DNA of 64,000 nucleotides from Eledone cirrhosa (lineage: Eukaryota). The stretch covers positions 398,598,001-398,662,000 of the forward strand of contig OZ024740.1 in assembly GCA_964016885.1 (NCBI GenBank), given 5' to 3'. This document shows, piece after piece, positions 1 through 12,800 of this stretch. Positions within the stretch are counted from its first letter, which is position 1; every line of letters starts with the position of its first letter. The notes under the pieces are model-generated. The model had not been told where the DNA came from, made no database searches, and was given only the letters and a program-made list of their open reading frames with translations. A program made the translations under genes and the position numbers.

Positions 1-87
1 TGGTGTCCCCGAAAAATGTATACACACTTTGATTACCTGTACAGGCAATATATATATTAGAATGGTGTATACATTTTTAGGGACCCC

Positions 88-134
<47 letters not shown>

Positions 135-427
135 TGTCCCCGAAAAATGTATACACACTTTGATTGTACAGGCAATATATATATTAGAATGGTGTATACA
201 TTTTTAGGGACCCCGGTATATACATATATATATGGTGTCCCCGAAAAATGTATACACACTTTGATTATCTGTACAGGCAATATATATATTAGAATGGTGT
301 ATACATTTTTAGGGACCCCGGTATATATATATATATATGGTGTCCCCGAAAAATGTATACACACTTTGATTACCTGTACAGGCAATATATATATATTAGA
401 ATGGTGTATACATTTGGAGGGACCCCA

Positions 428-467
<40 letters not shown>

Positions 468-1184
468 TGTCCCCGAAAAATGTATACACACTTTGATTAC
501 CTGTACAGGCAATATATATATTAGAATGGTGTATACATTTTTAGGGACACCGGTATATATATATATATGGTGTCCCCGAAAAATGTATACACACTTGGAT
601 TACCTGTACAGGCAATATATATATATTAGAATGGTGTATACATTTTTAGGGACCCGGTATATATATATATATATATATATATATGGTGTCCCCAAAAATG
701 TATACACACTTTGATTACCTGTACAAGCAATATATATATTTAAATGGTGTATACATTTTTAGGTACCCCGATATATCTATATATGGCGTCCCCTAAAAAT
801 GTATACACACTTTGATTACCTGTACAGACAATATATATATTAGAATGGTGTATACATTTTTAGGGACCCCGGTATATATATATATCTATATGATGTCCCC
901 GAAAAATGTATACACACTTTGATTACCTGTACGGGCAATATATATATTAGAATGGTGTATACATTTTTAAAGATCCCGGTATATATATATATATATATGG
1001 TGTCCCCGAAAAATGTATACACACTTTGATTATCTGTACAGACAATATATATATTAGAATGGTGTATACATTTTTAGGGACACCGGTATATATATATATA
1101 GTGTCCCCGAAAAATGTATACACACTTTGATTACCTGTACAGGCAATATATATATTAGAATGGTCTATACATTTTTAGGGACCC

Positions 1185-1241
<57 letters not shown>

Positions 1242-1647
1242 TGTCCCCAAAAAATGTATACACACTTTGATTACCTGTACAGGCAATATATATATTAGAA
1301 TGGTGTATACATTTTTAGGGAGCCCGGTATATATATATATATATATGGTATCCCCGAAAAATGTATACACACTTTGATTACCTGTACAAACAATATATAT
1401 ATTAGAATGGTGTATACATTTTTAGGGACCCCGGTATATACATATATATATGGTGTCCCCGAAAAATGTATACACACTTTGATTATCTGTACAGGCAATA
1501 TATATATTAGAATGGTGTATACATTTTTAGGGACCCCGGTATATATATATATATATATGGTGTCCCCGAAAAATGCATACACACTTTGATTACCTGTACA
1601 GGCAATATATATATATTAGAATGGTGTATACATTTGGAGGGACCCCA

Positions 1648-1713
<66 letters not shown>

Positions 1714-2542
1714 TGTCCCCGAAAAATGTATACACACTTTGATTACCTGTATAGGCAATATATATATTAGAATGGTGTATACATTTTTAGGGACACCGGT
1801 ATATATATATATATGGTGTCCCCGAAAAATGTATGCACACTTGGATTACCTGTACAGGCAATATATATATATTAGAATGGTGTATACATTTTTAGGGAGC
1901 CGGTATATATATATATATATATATATATGGTGTCCCCAAAAATGTATACACACTTTGATTACCTGTACAAGCAATATATATATTTAAATGGTGTATACAT
2001 TTTTAGGTACCCCGGTATATCTATATATGGCGTCCCCTAAAAATGTATACACACTTTGATTACCTGTACAGACAATATATATATTAGAATGGTGTATACA
2101 TTTTTAGGGACCCCGGTATATATATATATATCTATATGGTGTCCCCGAAAAATGTATACACACTTTGATTACCTGTACGGGCAATATATATATTAGAATG
2201 GTGTATACATTTTTAAAGATCCCGGTATATATATATATATATATGGTGTCCCCGAAAAATGTATACACACTTTGATTATCTGTACAGACAATATATATAT
2301 TAGAATGGTGTATACATTTTTAGGGACACCGGTATATATATATATAGTGTCCCCGAAAAATGTATACACACTTTGATTATCTGTACAGGCAATATATATA
2401 TTAGAATGGTGTATACATTTTTAGGGACCCCCGGTATATATATATATATATATGGTGTCCCCGAAAAATGTATACACACTTTGATTACCTGTACAGGCAA
2501 TATATATATATTAGAATGGTGTATACATTTGGAGGGACCCCA

Positions 2543-2594
<52 letters not shown>

Positions 2595-4443
2595 TGTCCC
2601 CGAAAAATGTATACACACTTTGATTACCTGTACAGGCAATATATATATTAGAATGGTGTATACATTTTTAGGGACACCGGTATATATATATATATGGTGT
2701 CCCCGAAAAATGTATGCACACTTGGATTACCTGTACAGGCAATATATATATATTAGAATGGTGTATACATTTTTAGGGACCCGGTATATATATATATATA
2801 TATATATATATGGTGTCCCCAAAAATGTATACACACTTTGATTACCTGTACAAGCAATATATATATTTAAATGGTGTATACATTTTTAGGTACCCCGGTA
2901 TATCTATATATGGCGTCCCCTAAAAATGTACACACACTTTGATTACCTGTACAGACAATATATATATTAGAATGGTGTATACATTTTTAGGGACCCCGGT
3001 ATATATATATATCTATATGGTGTCCCCGAAAAATGTATACACACTTTGATTATCTGTACAGACAATATATATATTAGAATGGTGTATACATTTTTAGGGA
3101 CACCGGTATATATATATATAGTGTCCCCGAAAAATGTATACACACTTTGATTACCTGTACAGGCAATATATATATTAGAATGGTGTATACATTTTTAGGG
3201 AGCCCGGTATATATATATATATATATATGGTATCCCCGAAAAATGTATACACACTTTGATTACCTGTACAAGCAATATATATATTTGAATGGTGTATACA
3301 TTTTTAGGTACCCCGGTATATCTATATATGGCGTTCCCGAAAAATGTATACACACTTTGATTACCTGTACAGACAATATAGATATAAGAATGGTGTATAC
3401 ATTTTTAGGGACACTGGTATATATATATATAGATATATATATATATGGTGTCACCGAAAAATGTATACACAATTTGATTACCTGTACAGGCAATATATAT
3501 ATTAGAATGGTGTATACATTTTTAGGTACCCCGGTATATCTATATATGGGGTCCCCGAAAAATGTATACACACTTTGATTACCTGTACAGGCAATATATA
3601 TATTAGAATGGTGTATACATTTTTAGGGACCCCGGTATATATATATATATATATGGTGTCCCCGAAAAATGTATACACACTTTGATTATCTGTACAGGCA
3701 ATATATATATTAGAATGGTGTATACATTTTTAGGGAGCCCGGTATATATATATATATGGTGTCCCCGAAAAATGTATACACACTTTGATTACCTGTACAA
3801 GCAATATATATATTTGAATGGTGTATACATTTTTAGGTACCCCGGTATATCTATATATGGGGTCCCCGAAAAATGTATACACACTTTGATTACCTGTACA
3901 GGCAATATATATATTAGAATGGTGTATACATTTTTAGGGACCCCGGTATATATATATATATATATGGTGTCCCCGAAAAATGTATACACACTTTGATTAT
4001 CTGTACAGGCAATATATATATTAGAATGGTGTATACATTTTTAGGGACCCCGGTATATATATATATATGGTGTCCCCGAAAAATTTATACACACTTTGAT
4101 TACCTGTACAGGCAATATATATATTAGAATGGTGTATACATTTTTAGGGACACTGGTATATATATATATGGTGTCCCCGAAAAATGTATACACACTTTGA
4201 TTACCTGTACAGGCAATATATATATTAGAATGGTCTATGCATTTTTAGGGACCCCGGTATATATATATATGGTGTCCCCGAAAAATGTATACACACTTTG
4301 ATTACCTGTACAGGCAATATATATATTAGAATGGTGAATACATTTTTAGGGACCCCGGTATATATATGGTGTCCCCGAAAAATGTATACACACTTTGATT
4401 ACCTGTACAGGCAATATATATATTAGAATGGTGTATACATTTT
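1..4443. repeat. Tandem satellite, about 41 monomers of an ~88-bp MITE-like core separated by variable (TA)n; runs off the left edge of the window
   Basis: Core GGTGTCCCCGAAAAATGTATACACACTTTGATTACCTGTACAGGCAATATATATATTAGAATGGTGTATACATTTTTAGGGACCCCGG repeats head-to-tail. Each monomer has inverted ends (GTCCCCGAAAAATGTATACAC / GTGTATACATTTTTAGGGAC). ORFs here are repeat artefacts. Confidence 0.97.
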
Positions 4444-4786
4444 CATATAATACTAAAAGTCTGTGATTGCTTGCTTGCTTATCTGTAATGTAATACAGCC
4501 AAAAGGGCGCATAATTGGAAAATACTTTGAAAGGAAGTTGACCCAGAAATGGGAATACAAATGGAACAAAACAAATTTCGCGTAAATCGGACCGCGGGTT
4601 CCCGACATATGGGGTTTTTCCTGGTGCCTTCATAAATAATGTAAACAAAGAGAGAAAAAGATAGAGAGAAAGAGATAGTGGTTGTGAGAGACTAGATTGA
4701 AAGAGAGACAGAAAGAGGGAGAGGACACAGAGAATGAAAATGGAAGAGCTGGTGGTGCTGTTGTGTGTATATATATATATATATAT

Positions 4787-4887
4787 ATAGGAACCAGTAA
4801 GACCCCGACAGCTGAGCTCAAGCCGTTTCGACGGCTAAGCCGTCGAAACGGCTTGAGCTCAGCTGTCGGGGTCTTACTGGTTCCTAT
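4787..4887. repeat. Perfect 50-bp-arm palindrome (1-nt centre) containing the 3' half of a hammerhead ribozyme
   Basis: 4787-4836 is the exact reverse complement of 4838-4887. The right half reads GACGGC-TAA-GCCGTC GAAA CGGCT..AGCTG TC GGGGTC. Confidence 0.9.
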
Positions 4888-4963
4888 TACCCACTCTACT
4901 ACCCCAAGTATTGAGTACTTTGGTGCGTTATGGTCCACCTGGTTCCTTACCACATTTCTTTCG

Positions 4964-5008
<45 letters not shown>

Positions 5009-5659
5009 AGTGTGTGTGTGTGAATATATATATATATATGTGTGATTATGACCAGTGCATGTAGATCACAGACATCCACATTTATATATATATACACACA
5101 CATACATATATATGTATATGTTTGCACACACAGACATATATATATATACATACACTCACGTATATATATAGGCCTTCCAGTTTCATTTCGCATTATATAC
5201 ATGTCTGTGTATATTTTTATTATTTAAAAATTATTTTTAAGTGGACACGATTTTTAAAAAAATATTTTAAAATGAACATGACCCAACGGCTCAGGGGTGG
5301 TCTAGTGCCAAATAAAAGGTTGCATTCATGTCCGAACGATGATTGTGTGATTAAAATGCTTACCTTACAATTACGGGGTTTCTTGTCTGATCTCACTGCT
5401 CGACATCTGGAGCAAGTATCTTCTACTGTAGCCTCGGGTTATATACGTATGTGGGAGGGAGATATAGTAGACAGAAACAGTGTGAAAACTGTTGAAGAAG
5501 CAGTTGCTGTTCTTATGTAGCAGAGTTAATCTGTTTAATACTAGTAAATGATCATGTGTGCCATCAGCTCTGTTGCAAACGTTCGAGTGAGGCCTTTGGT
5601 TTAACTTTCTTCATTCTGTCTTTCCTTCTCAGACCAAAATAAAGGTCCAAATATTTCCC

Positions 5660-5870
5660 ATCATTGAGAGGGACTCTTCACAATCGATCGACTTGCCAGA
5701 ACAAGCAGTCAAATCTTCCTCAATTCGCATCCTGCTCTCTTATAAAGGGAGGTATTGGATCATCTTGTCCTATGTATACATTGACTGAGAAAAGGGTAGA
5801 ATAATCATAGCTGAAACACTTTTGATCTTTGATCTGCTCAGTCGGGGTTCATCTGATACTAATTAATAAT
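5660..5870 (+). mobile_element. Degenerate dispersed repeat (SINE-like family B)
   Basis: Matches the TCGACCTGCTAGAAATAGCAGCCAAATCTCCCTC...GATCATAGGTCTGCTC family seen at ~10110, ~13750, ~26840, ~27415 and ~63770. Confidence 0.6.
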
Positions 5871-7225
5871 AATACCTTTCTATAATTTTAGTTTGTTTTG
5901 TTTTTCTTATTTTTCTTTCTTTTTTTTTAAAGAAAATATTGCTCACACAATGCATGTAATATAAATAGGGAAGCAGCTGAATTTTCACAGAAAAGAAGAT
6001 ATGTGTCATTAACTCTCACTTATGTACGGTAAAATTGCTGAGACAATAAAGCACTGAACTGAATATATTACAATTCTTAGTTTTGTCCATCTCGGACCTA
6101 ACACGAAAGTTGCCTTTTATCTCACTGGGGTTGATCAAATAGGTTATATCTTATGTGTACTGAAGTTCTAGATTAACTGAATAAAGAACCACTGAGATGC
6201 TTTTGACCTGAGACTAAAGAACAACATCATGTTGTAAAAATACAGCATATAACCAAAGCTTTTGTTTATATGCTGTATTTATTTTAATATGATTTTACTT
6301 TTATTTGTCATCAATAATATACGAAATCATAAAATAGCTGATATTAAAAGCGTTGTTTTTCTCTAAAGCCACAAAGTACTCTTAACTGTGAATGTTTATA
6401 CTCATCTGAAAAGCCTGTGATTTGGTAAGTACTCTGTAATTGTCAACGGCTTTCAGTTGAATCACGTGTGAAACAGAATGAAAATAAACATATAACTCAC
6501 TCTCCATTTCTTTATATATATAATGGAGGTGTGTATGAAGGCATATTCGATATGTTTATAAACATATTTTAGTCTCACTATAACTATTTTAAGTTGTAAT
6601 CATGTCACACCTTCCTCAGTAATCATATGAGAACGCCAGACAGTAGTTTCAAAATGTCTTATCCATTTATCAGTAACGTTTAGTCATTTGGTACTGAAAT
6701 AAGAATAAGCTCTAGCTTATATAGAGATGAACGTCTCCAGCTGTTTCCAGAGTAGTAGGCAAAATCTAACACCCGGTTTAACATTGCTACCTGGTCATTC
6801 GTGTGACTTAAGCAGAAATTAATTCTGTTGTAAACAGTAAACATTCAGAATCCGTCTCTGGTCAGAGGGTAAACTATAAATTGCGGTTTCTTCTATCCTA
6901 TCCGTCATTAGTCTCGGAAGCGATACAAGAGATCAGAGTTTCTGCTTTTCCTCCTTTAACTAAATCATTAAAGAAAATGTTAAAAAATGTCTTCAAATTG
7001 AATATATCGATTTCTTACATACGTACAAAACCCTTTAGTTGAAGAAACGAATTGTGGTAGTTAACTGACACTATATTTTATAGACCCAAAAAGCAAATTT
7101 AATCGCGGCATGATTTGAACTTATAACAGAACAAATAACTCAAAGCATTTTGTACAACGCTTGTACCCTGTTCCAATGAAGTATATTAAGAAGTTATTTA
7201 GATAACTGGAATAACCTAGTTACAT

Positions 7226-7579
7226 CAGATCGGTCAACTCTCCTCGTCCGACGGGGAGATCTCCCACCCACTTTGGAGTAGGTGAGAGATGTTTTCTCTT
7301 GTGAAAATATTTCCCGGCGCCGAAGACGCTTCGTCCTCGAGGACGCACCCTAATTTTGACAACCAAAAATTTGAAAAAAAAAATAATAAACAACCTTCGA
7401 CCTCCGGGACGCATGGTAGATTTTTTAGACTTATTTTAGAACAAAAGTAGCGTATACGCCGGGAAATGCGGTATAGCTTTCATTATGTAAAATCTCCCGA
7501 TTTTGCCTTATTTCTCCCCGTTTGGGGGCCCTTTTTTCCTGGTACTACCCGTTTGGGTTTTTAGAGGTTGGCAGGTCTC
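7226..7579. mobile_element. hAT-like MITE (CAGACCTGCCAAC-type TIR) with a nested Tigger/pogo-like MITE at ~7308-7473
   Basis: Homologous to the copies at 25681 and 34065. The inner insert has inverted ends TATTTCCCGGCG / CGCCGGGAAAT. Flanks TTACAT/CTGCAT look like an eroded 6-bp TSD. Confidence 0.8.
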
Positions 7580-8117
7580 CTGCATTCAAATAAATTCTCA
7601 ACGCTGCTCCTATACTCGACATCAAGCCTGATACAGAATCCACCAATTGCCTCAGTGTACTTTGCCATCAGTTTCAAATGTTGCTTCTGATTACATGCGG
7701 GGTGGCGCGTGACAGCTGGTGTGCAAAAGCCTATTCCACATTAAAGTAATTATACTAAGACCACTAAATGGATATCTTACTCAACTACCAGGTATTCCAC
7801 GAACGATTGTAATCCATAGCTCCAGCACTCGTTTTACTCAATAAGTCTTGGATGGTATAATAAAGTCATAGGAACTACTCCGTCTCTTCGGGTTGAATGA
7901 AGAACTATTTTACATCTATATCCAAAATGTCCAACCATAAAATGAAACACGAATCTTAAATTCTTAAAAGGCAACCTTTATACACATCTATACGCACGTA
8001 CATACACACTCACACGAATACACACACACTCGCGCACACACACATCGATATATATATATACATATAAACATTTATGAGTGTATATATACGTAGGTACATA
8101 GATACATGAGTGTGTAC

Positions 8118-8158
<41 letters not shown>

Positions 8159-8490
8159 TATGTAAGCGTGTGTGTATGTGTATGTGTGTGGTTAAAAGTA
8201 AGTATTCAAAATATTTTTCTGTTCAGTTACATTCCACTATTGAAAAGACAACTTGAGATGATAAATACCAAACTGGAAATTACAACATTGTTAGAATTCT
8301 TTTGGTATAGATTTATCAATTGGCAATTAGTATCAGCAGTGGAAAGACCAATGGAAACATAATTTCTTTCGTCCGGTCTATTGATCCTTTCCTTTTTTTA
8401 TCAATTGAACCATAATGCTTAACTTCTCTTTTTCGTCAATCAAACTACCAAAATGTATTCATTTTCGCATATATATATATATATATATAT

Positions 8491-8545
8491 ACAGTGTACC
8501 TCGGCATTCGCGGTCTCGACATTCGTGGTGCCGGTTATTAGCTGA
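8491..8545 (+). mobile_element. Tigger/pogo-like terminal fragment
   Basis: TA-CAGTGTACCTCGGCATTCGCGGTC follows a (TA)n run. An inverted counterpart lies at ~16131-16155. Confidence 0.55.
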
Positions 8546-8717
8546 ATATAAATGTTAGACAGTCCGGTCACACTGTATAATAATTTATAATGTGGAGTCT
8601 ATTCTGGAGAAGCGCAATTTCTGTCTGCTAAATTCCACTCACAAGAAATTGGTCATTCCAACACAGTAGCATAAAAAAGTTACTCAAGATGCCACAGAGT
8701 GGAACCACATTATTACG

Positions 8718-8910
8718 AGGCGGTGAATTGGCAGTATCGGTAGAGGGTCGGACGCCATGCTTTGGCGCATAAAGTTGCGGCCCTTGCCATTCTGAGTTCA
8801 AATCCCGCCGAGGTTAACTTTGCCATTCATCCTTACGGGGTCGATAAAATAAAGTACCAGTAATGCACTGGGTAATTGCTGGCCTTGTGCCATAAGTAGA
8901 AACAATTATT
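8718..8910 (+). mobile_element. tRNA-derived SINE family A (short form)
   Basis: Box-A-like TGGCAGTATCGG, box-B-like GAGTTCAAATCCC, central GCCATTCATCCTTACGGGGTCGATAAAATAAAGTACCAG, tail GGCCTTGTGCC..AGAAACAATTATT. More than 12 copies in the window. Confidence 0.88.
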
Positions 8911-9045
8911 ACGATGCGAACTTCTTAACTACAGAGCTATATCAGTGATAATCAATTTGCTACAAATGAATTATGTGAACCCATACCATAAATAATGACG
9001 GCAACAGCTTTGGACGTATTTATTTTGGGGAGTCCAGAAACGGTA

Positions 9046-9108
<63 letters not shown>

Positions 9109-10756
9109 AGGATTACCGAATTTATTGAACAATCAAACAAATGGAAATTTGCGTTTTCATAAATTAAGTATTTGCATAAGAGAAACCCTATAGTTTCTGT
9201 TTATTACTGATACGTGGAAGTGATTAAAGATAAGACTGGCATTTTAATTATTTATTTTTAGGATATAATTACATAAATGTTCAACACGTATGTACAATGA
9301 TATGCGGGATCAATTATATGAGTGACTTTGGAGAAATAATTATTTACATGAACAACTGTAGAATTAGAACTCAGGGCTATGTAATTGGAAAGTGAATTGT
9401 GTTTATGTGTATGTATATTTGTGCATGTTTGTGTGTGTGAATTTTTAAAAAATCACAGACTAATATATATAAATAGATATACAAACACGCATGGCGTATT
9501 ATTTCTGCTAATCTGGTAAATTTCATATTATGGCCTTGTTTCTATGCATAGTTAACAAATATCATTTGTCAGGCTGAAAATATTTGTATTTTAAATGTCA
9601 CCCTTGATCAGTGTAAACGTATATCTGAAATCAAACGTCAGTAGTAAGAATCTCAGGAGAGCTGGACAGCAGAAGGTCTTCAGAGAAGAAACCCTCCTCA
9701 AGCGTTATTACTCCAATCAGTCTACTAACCCTCAGCAAACACCCTAAACTGAACGCCAACTTGTACCCATGACTTCTGCCAAACCTAACCGTACTCACCC
9801 TCCGAATTCATGATTTATTTTGGTGTTTAATTTACGTCTTCCTGTGGGCTTGGAGAAAGCGGCTAGTAATACGTTTTGATCCAGTATATATCGTCTCGAC
9901 TCTGGTAATCCTTATATCTGGATTCTAGTTCTCATTACAGTCAGCATGAGATGTCTGATTTCCAGCAATACATCTCGTATTAAAATTATCAGGTACCCAC
10001 CGTCATTTGAATATCCTAATCGAGTATGGGACATTTCATGACGAACCGACGGCAACCTAGCTAAGCTCATCCCTCCTCTGTCTACGATCATGCGACAGGC
10101 CAATGAAAGAACCACTATGTAGTCGGTCAACCTACTAGAAATAGCGACCAGATATCACTCAAATCACACATTAATCTCTTAAATGTGGAAGAACATACTG
10201 GATAATGTAATCCTGAAATTAGACAAAGTGATCATGAATAACTTCTGCAGTAAAATAACAACAATGACACAACGAAACGCTTGCAGTTTATTCGAGCTTA
10301 CGATTTACCGATTGGTTGTCCGCCTTATATATATACAGCCCCTTCACACTCTACTTAGTCTTAAACTGAACCAACTTTTCACGAAAAAAAGTCATGTAAT
10401 GGACTGAGGATAGTAGAGCTAAAACTATTGTGATTAGCTGGGTCGTTTACAACACGTTATTGGTTACAATACTATCCATTACTGACGTAAGACTTCGAAG
10501 CTTTGTAGAAATAAAAACATAAATATCCCCTACCCCATGTAAAAAGAATGCAGAGAAGTCACAAATTTGTAAAAGGAAAACAAACTTATTAGGTTCAACT
10601 GAAAGAATGATACCAAGTTAGGGGTAGAGGAATAAGTAAACAGATATATTGTTTAAAACAAACAGTAAGACATCCGTCTAATGACTAGAATAGCATAAAA
10701 CATCACAGTAACAACAATAATTACAACAACAATAAAAACAACAAAAATAATAATAC

Positions 10757-10928
10757 TAATTTCTGATTTAGGCACAAGGCCAACAATTTTTGGGGGAATG
10801 GAAAGTCAAATAAATCGACTCCAGTGCATTACTGGTGCTTTATTTATCGATTCCGTGAGGATGAAAGTCAAAGGTGAACCCCGGTAGTAAAGGGTCGTAA
10901 CTCTATGCCGCGAAGCATGGTGTCCGAG
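10757..10928 (-). mobile_element. SINE family A, diverged
   Basis: Reverse-complement similarity to 8718-8910. Confidence 0.75.
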
Positions 10929-11084
10929 GTTAGGCACAATGGCGCTGAAGGGGTGGAGGACATCACAAAGACAAGCTACGTAAAAGTGTCGATATTACAT
11001 TGAAATTGAATATAATGAAATAGTATAGTAATGTGGCAAGAAGAGGACTGCCATCAAAAGGCAAAGAACCTCATAGGTCGGAGG

Positions 11085-11200
11085 CATCTCCCTTGCCATC
11101 CTCCAGGGAAACGCCTTCTCCATTCTGTCCGCCGGGGCTGTGAGGAGGCCAGCACGTGGAACCCCATTTGCTCACCATACAGAGAGATGGAGAAGGCGAG
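11085..11200 (+). mobile_element. Extreme 3' fragment of a CRE-like non-LTR retrotransposon
   Basis: CATCCTCCAGGGAAACGCCTTCTCCATTCTGTCCGCCGGGG (ILQGNAFSILSAG) is near-identical to ~14573-14613. Confidence 0.65.
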
Positions 11201-11322
11201 AGAGATAGAGGCGATGACAATGGAAGTTCGGCTCTTCCACGTTCGGACCATATCCTTGTGGTTGTGTTTATCATCTATAATGTTTAATTGTCAGCCTTTT
11301 ATAACGGTGTAATATATTGTAA

Positions 11323-11512
11323 CGGTGGATTGGCAGTATCGATAGAGGGTTGGACGCGATACTTTGCAGCAAAGAGTTACGGCCCTTTATGGTCTGAGTT
11401 CAAATCCCGCCGACGTTAACTTTGCCTTTCATCCTTACGGGATCGATAAAATAAAGTACCAGTAATACACTGTGATAATTGCTGGCCTTGTGCCAAAAGT
11501 AGAAACAAATAT
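11323..11512 (+). mobile_element. SINE family A (short form)
   Basis: High identity to 8718-8910. Confidence 0.88.
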
Positions 11513-11909
11513 TTTACAACGGTGTAATATACTATAACGTGTAATATACTATAACGGTGTAATATATTATGTTAACCTTCATAGTTAATTTTTTTGTCAT
11601 GTTATTAGAAAACAACCCAGAGAAAGAACATAGACTCAACCTGACTTCTAGAGGTGATTACCCTCTCCCAGCTGTAACCTCCGTCCCACAGATGCATGTT
11701 AACAGTGACGGTAACAATAGTATCAAAGAGAACCACTGTAATAACCTAGATGCCAAACTACCGCTCAGGAAAAAAGAGAAGTTTCATTTTTTTTCATCTT
11801 CAGATTTCGACCGCCATCTTTTTCCTTCACTCCTTTTTCTCTCTCCACCCCCATAAAAATACTCTCATTTTATATCTCACTCTTCTCTCTGGTGCACATT
11901 CTCTTTTGA

Positions 11910-11917
11910 CCCTTCTC

Positions 11918-11953
<36 letters not shown>

Positions 11954-12556
11954 GCTCTCACTCTCTCTCTCTCTCTCGCTCTCACTCTCTCTCTCGCTCT
12001 CTCTCTCTCGCTCTCTCTCTCTCACTCTCTCTCTCTCCCTCTCTATCTATCTATCTATGTATCTGTCTATCTAGAAGGTAGAAGGAGCAACGTGAAATAA
12101 AATGTCCTTGAGCAAGACATTTTATTTCACGTTGCTCCTTCTACCTGGAGTTACGACCGATAGATATTATTAGCAATTGAAAAGACCAATGAAAACATTG
12201 TTTCCTCGATCCGATTTGACGAAAGTCGATCGTTCCTTCTCTTCTCACTCTCTCTCTCTCTCTTTATTTGCTGTCTCTCCATCCTCATTCTCACAACTAC
12301 TTTCTTTTCTCTTCAATTTATCCATTCAAATCTGATGATTCACTCCGTCATATCTCTCAATTTCTCGTTTTTGTACATTCATTGCGTGTGTGTGTGTGCG
12401 TATGTGCATATGTGCATGCGTGTGTATGTATATGTTACTTTTTTCATTCGACACTTTTGTCTCTCCATCTCTATCTCTCTTTTTCTCTCTCCACTCTCTC
12501 CTTTTCTCTCTTCACTCTCTCCTTTTCTCTCTCTCTCTCTCTCCTTCTCTCTCTCA

Positions 12557-12621
<65 letters not shown>

Positions 12622-12800
12622 TCTCTCTCTCATTTTCTCTCTCTCTCTCCTTCTCTCTCTCATTTTTTCTCTCCTTTGCTCTCTCTCCTTTTCTCTGTCC
12701 CTTTCTCTCTCCTTTTCTTTCTTTCCTTTTCTCTCTCTCCCTTTCTCTCTCTCTCTCTCTTTCTGTCTCTTTCTGTCTGTCTCTCTCTCCCTCTCTCTCC
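11910..12800. repeat. (CT)n-rich polypyrimidine microsatellite region flanking a SINE fragment
   Basis: Long CT/TCTA tracts at 11910-12070 and 12470-12800. The S/L-rich and R/E-rich ORFs here are artefacts. Confidence 0.9.
12076..12237 (+). mobile_element. 5'-truncated SINE (family C) capped by a perfect 31-bp foldback
   Basis: 12101-12237 matches ~36789-36925. 12076-12106 is the reverse complement of 12116-12146. Confidence 0.85.

Noticed and set aside
1-4443. CRISPR-like array or repeat-protein ORFs
   Set aside because: The spacers are only (TA)n, the context is eukaryotic, there are no cas genes, and the ORFs are repeat translations.
4787-4887. Parvovirus/AAV-like T-shaped ITR
   Set aside because: The fold is possible, but there are no NS/Rep or capsid remnants nearby, and the hammerhead-foldback explanation accounts for the sequence better.
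5122-5520. 132-aa ORF containing LRGG
   Set aside because: It starts in a microsatellite and overlaps a SINE fragment (GCAAGTATCTTCTACTGTAGCCTCGGG). No ubiquitin similarity.
10400-10445. CTGAGGA hammerhead-like seed
   Set aside because: No GAAA, no NUH in register and no stem I.
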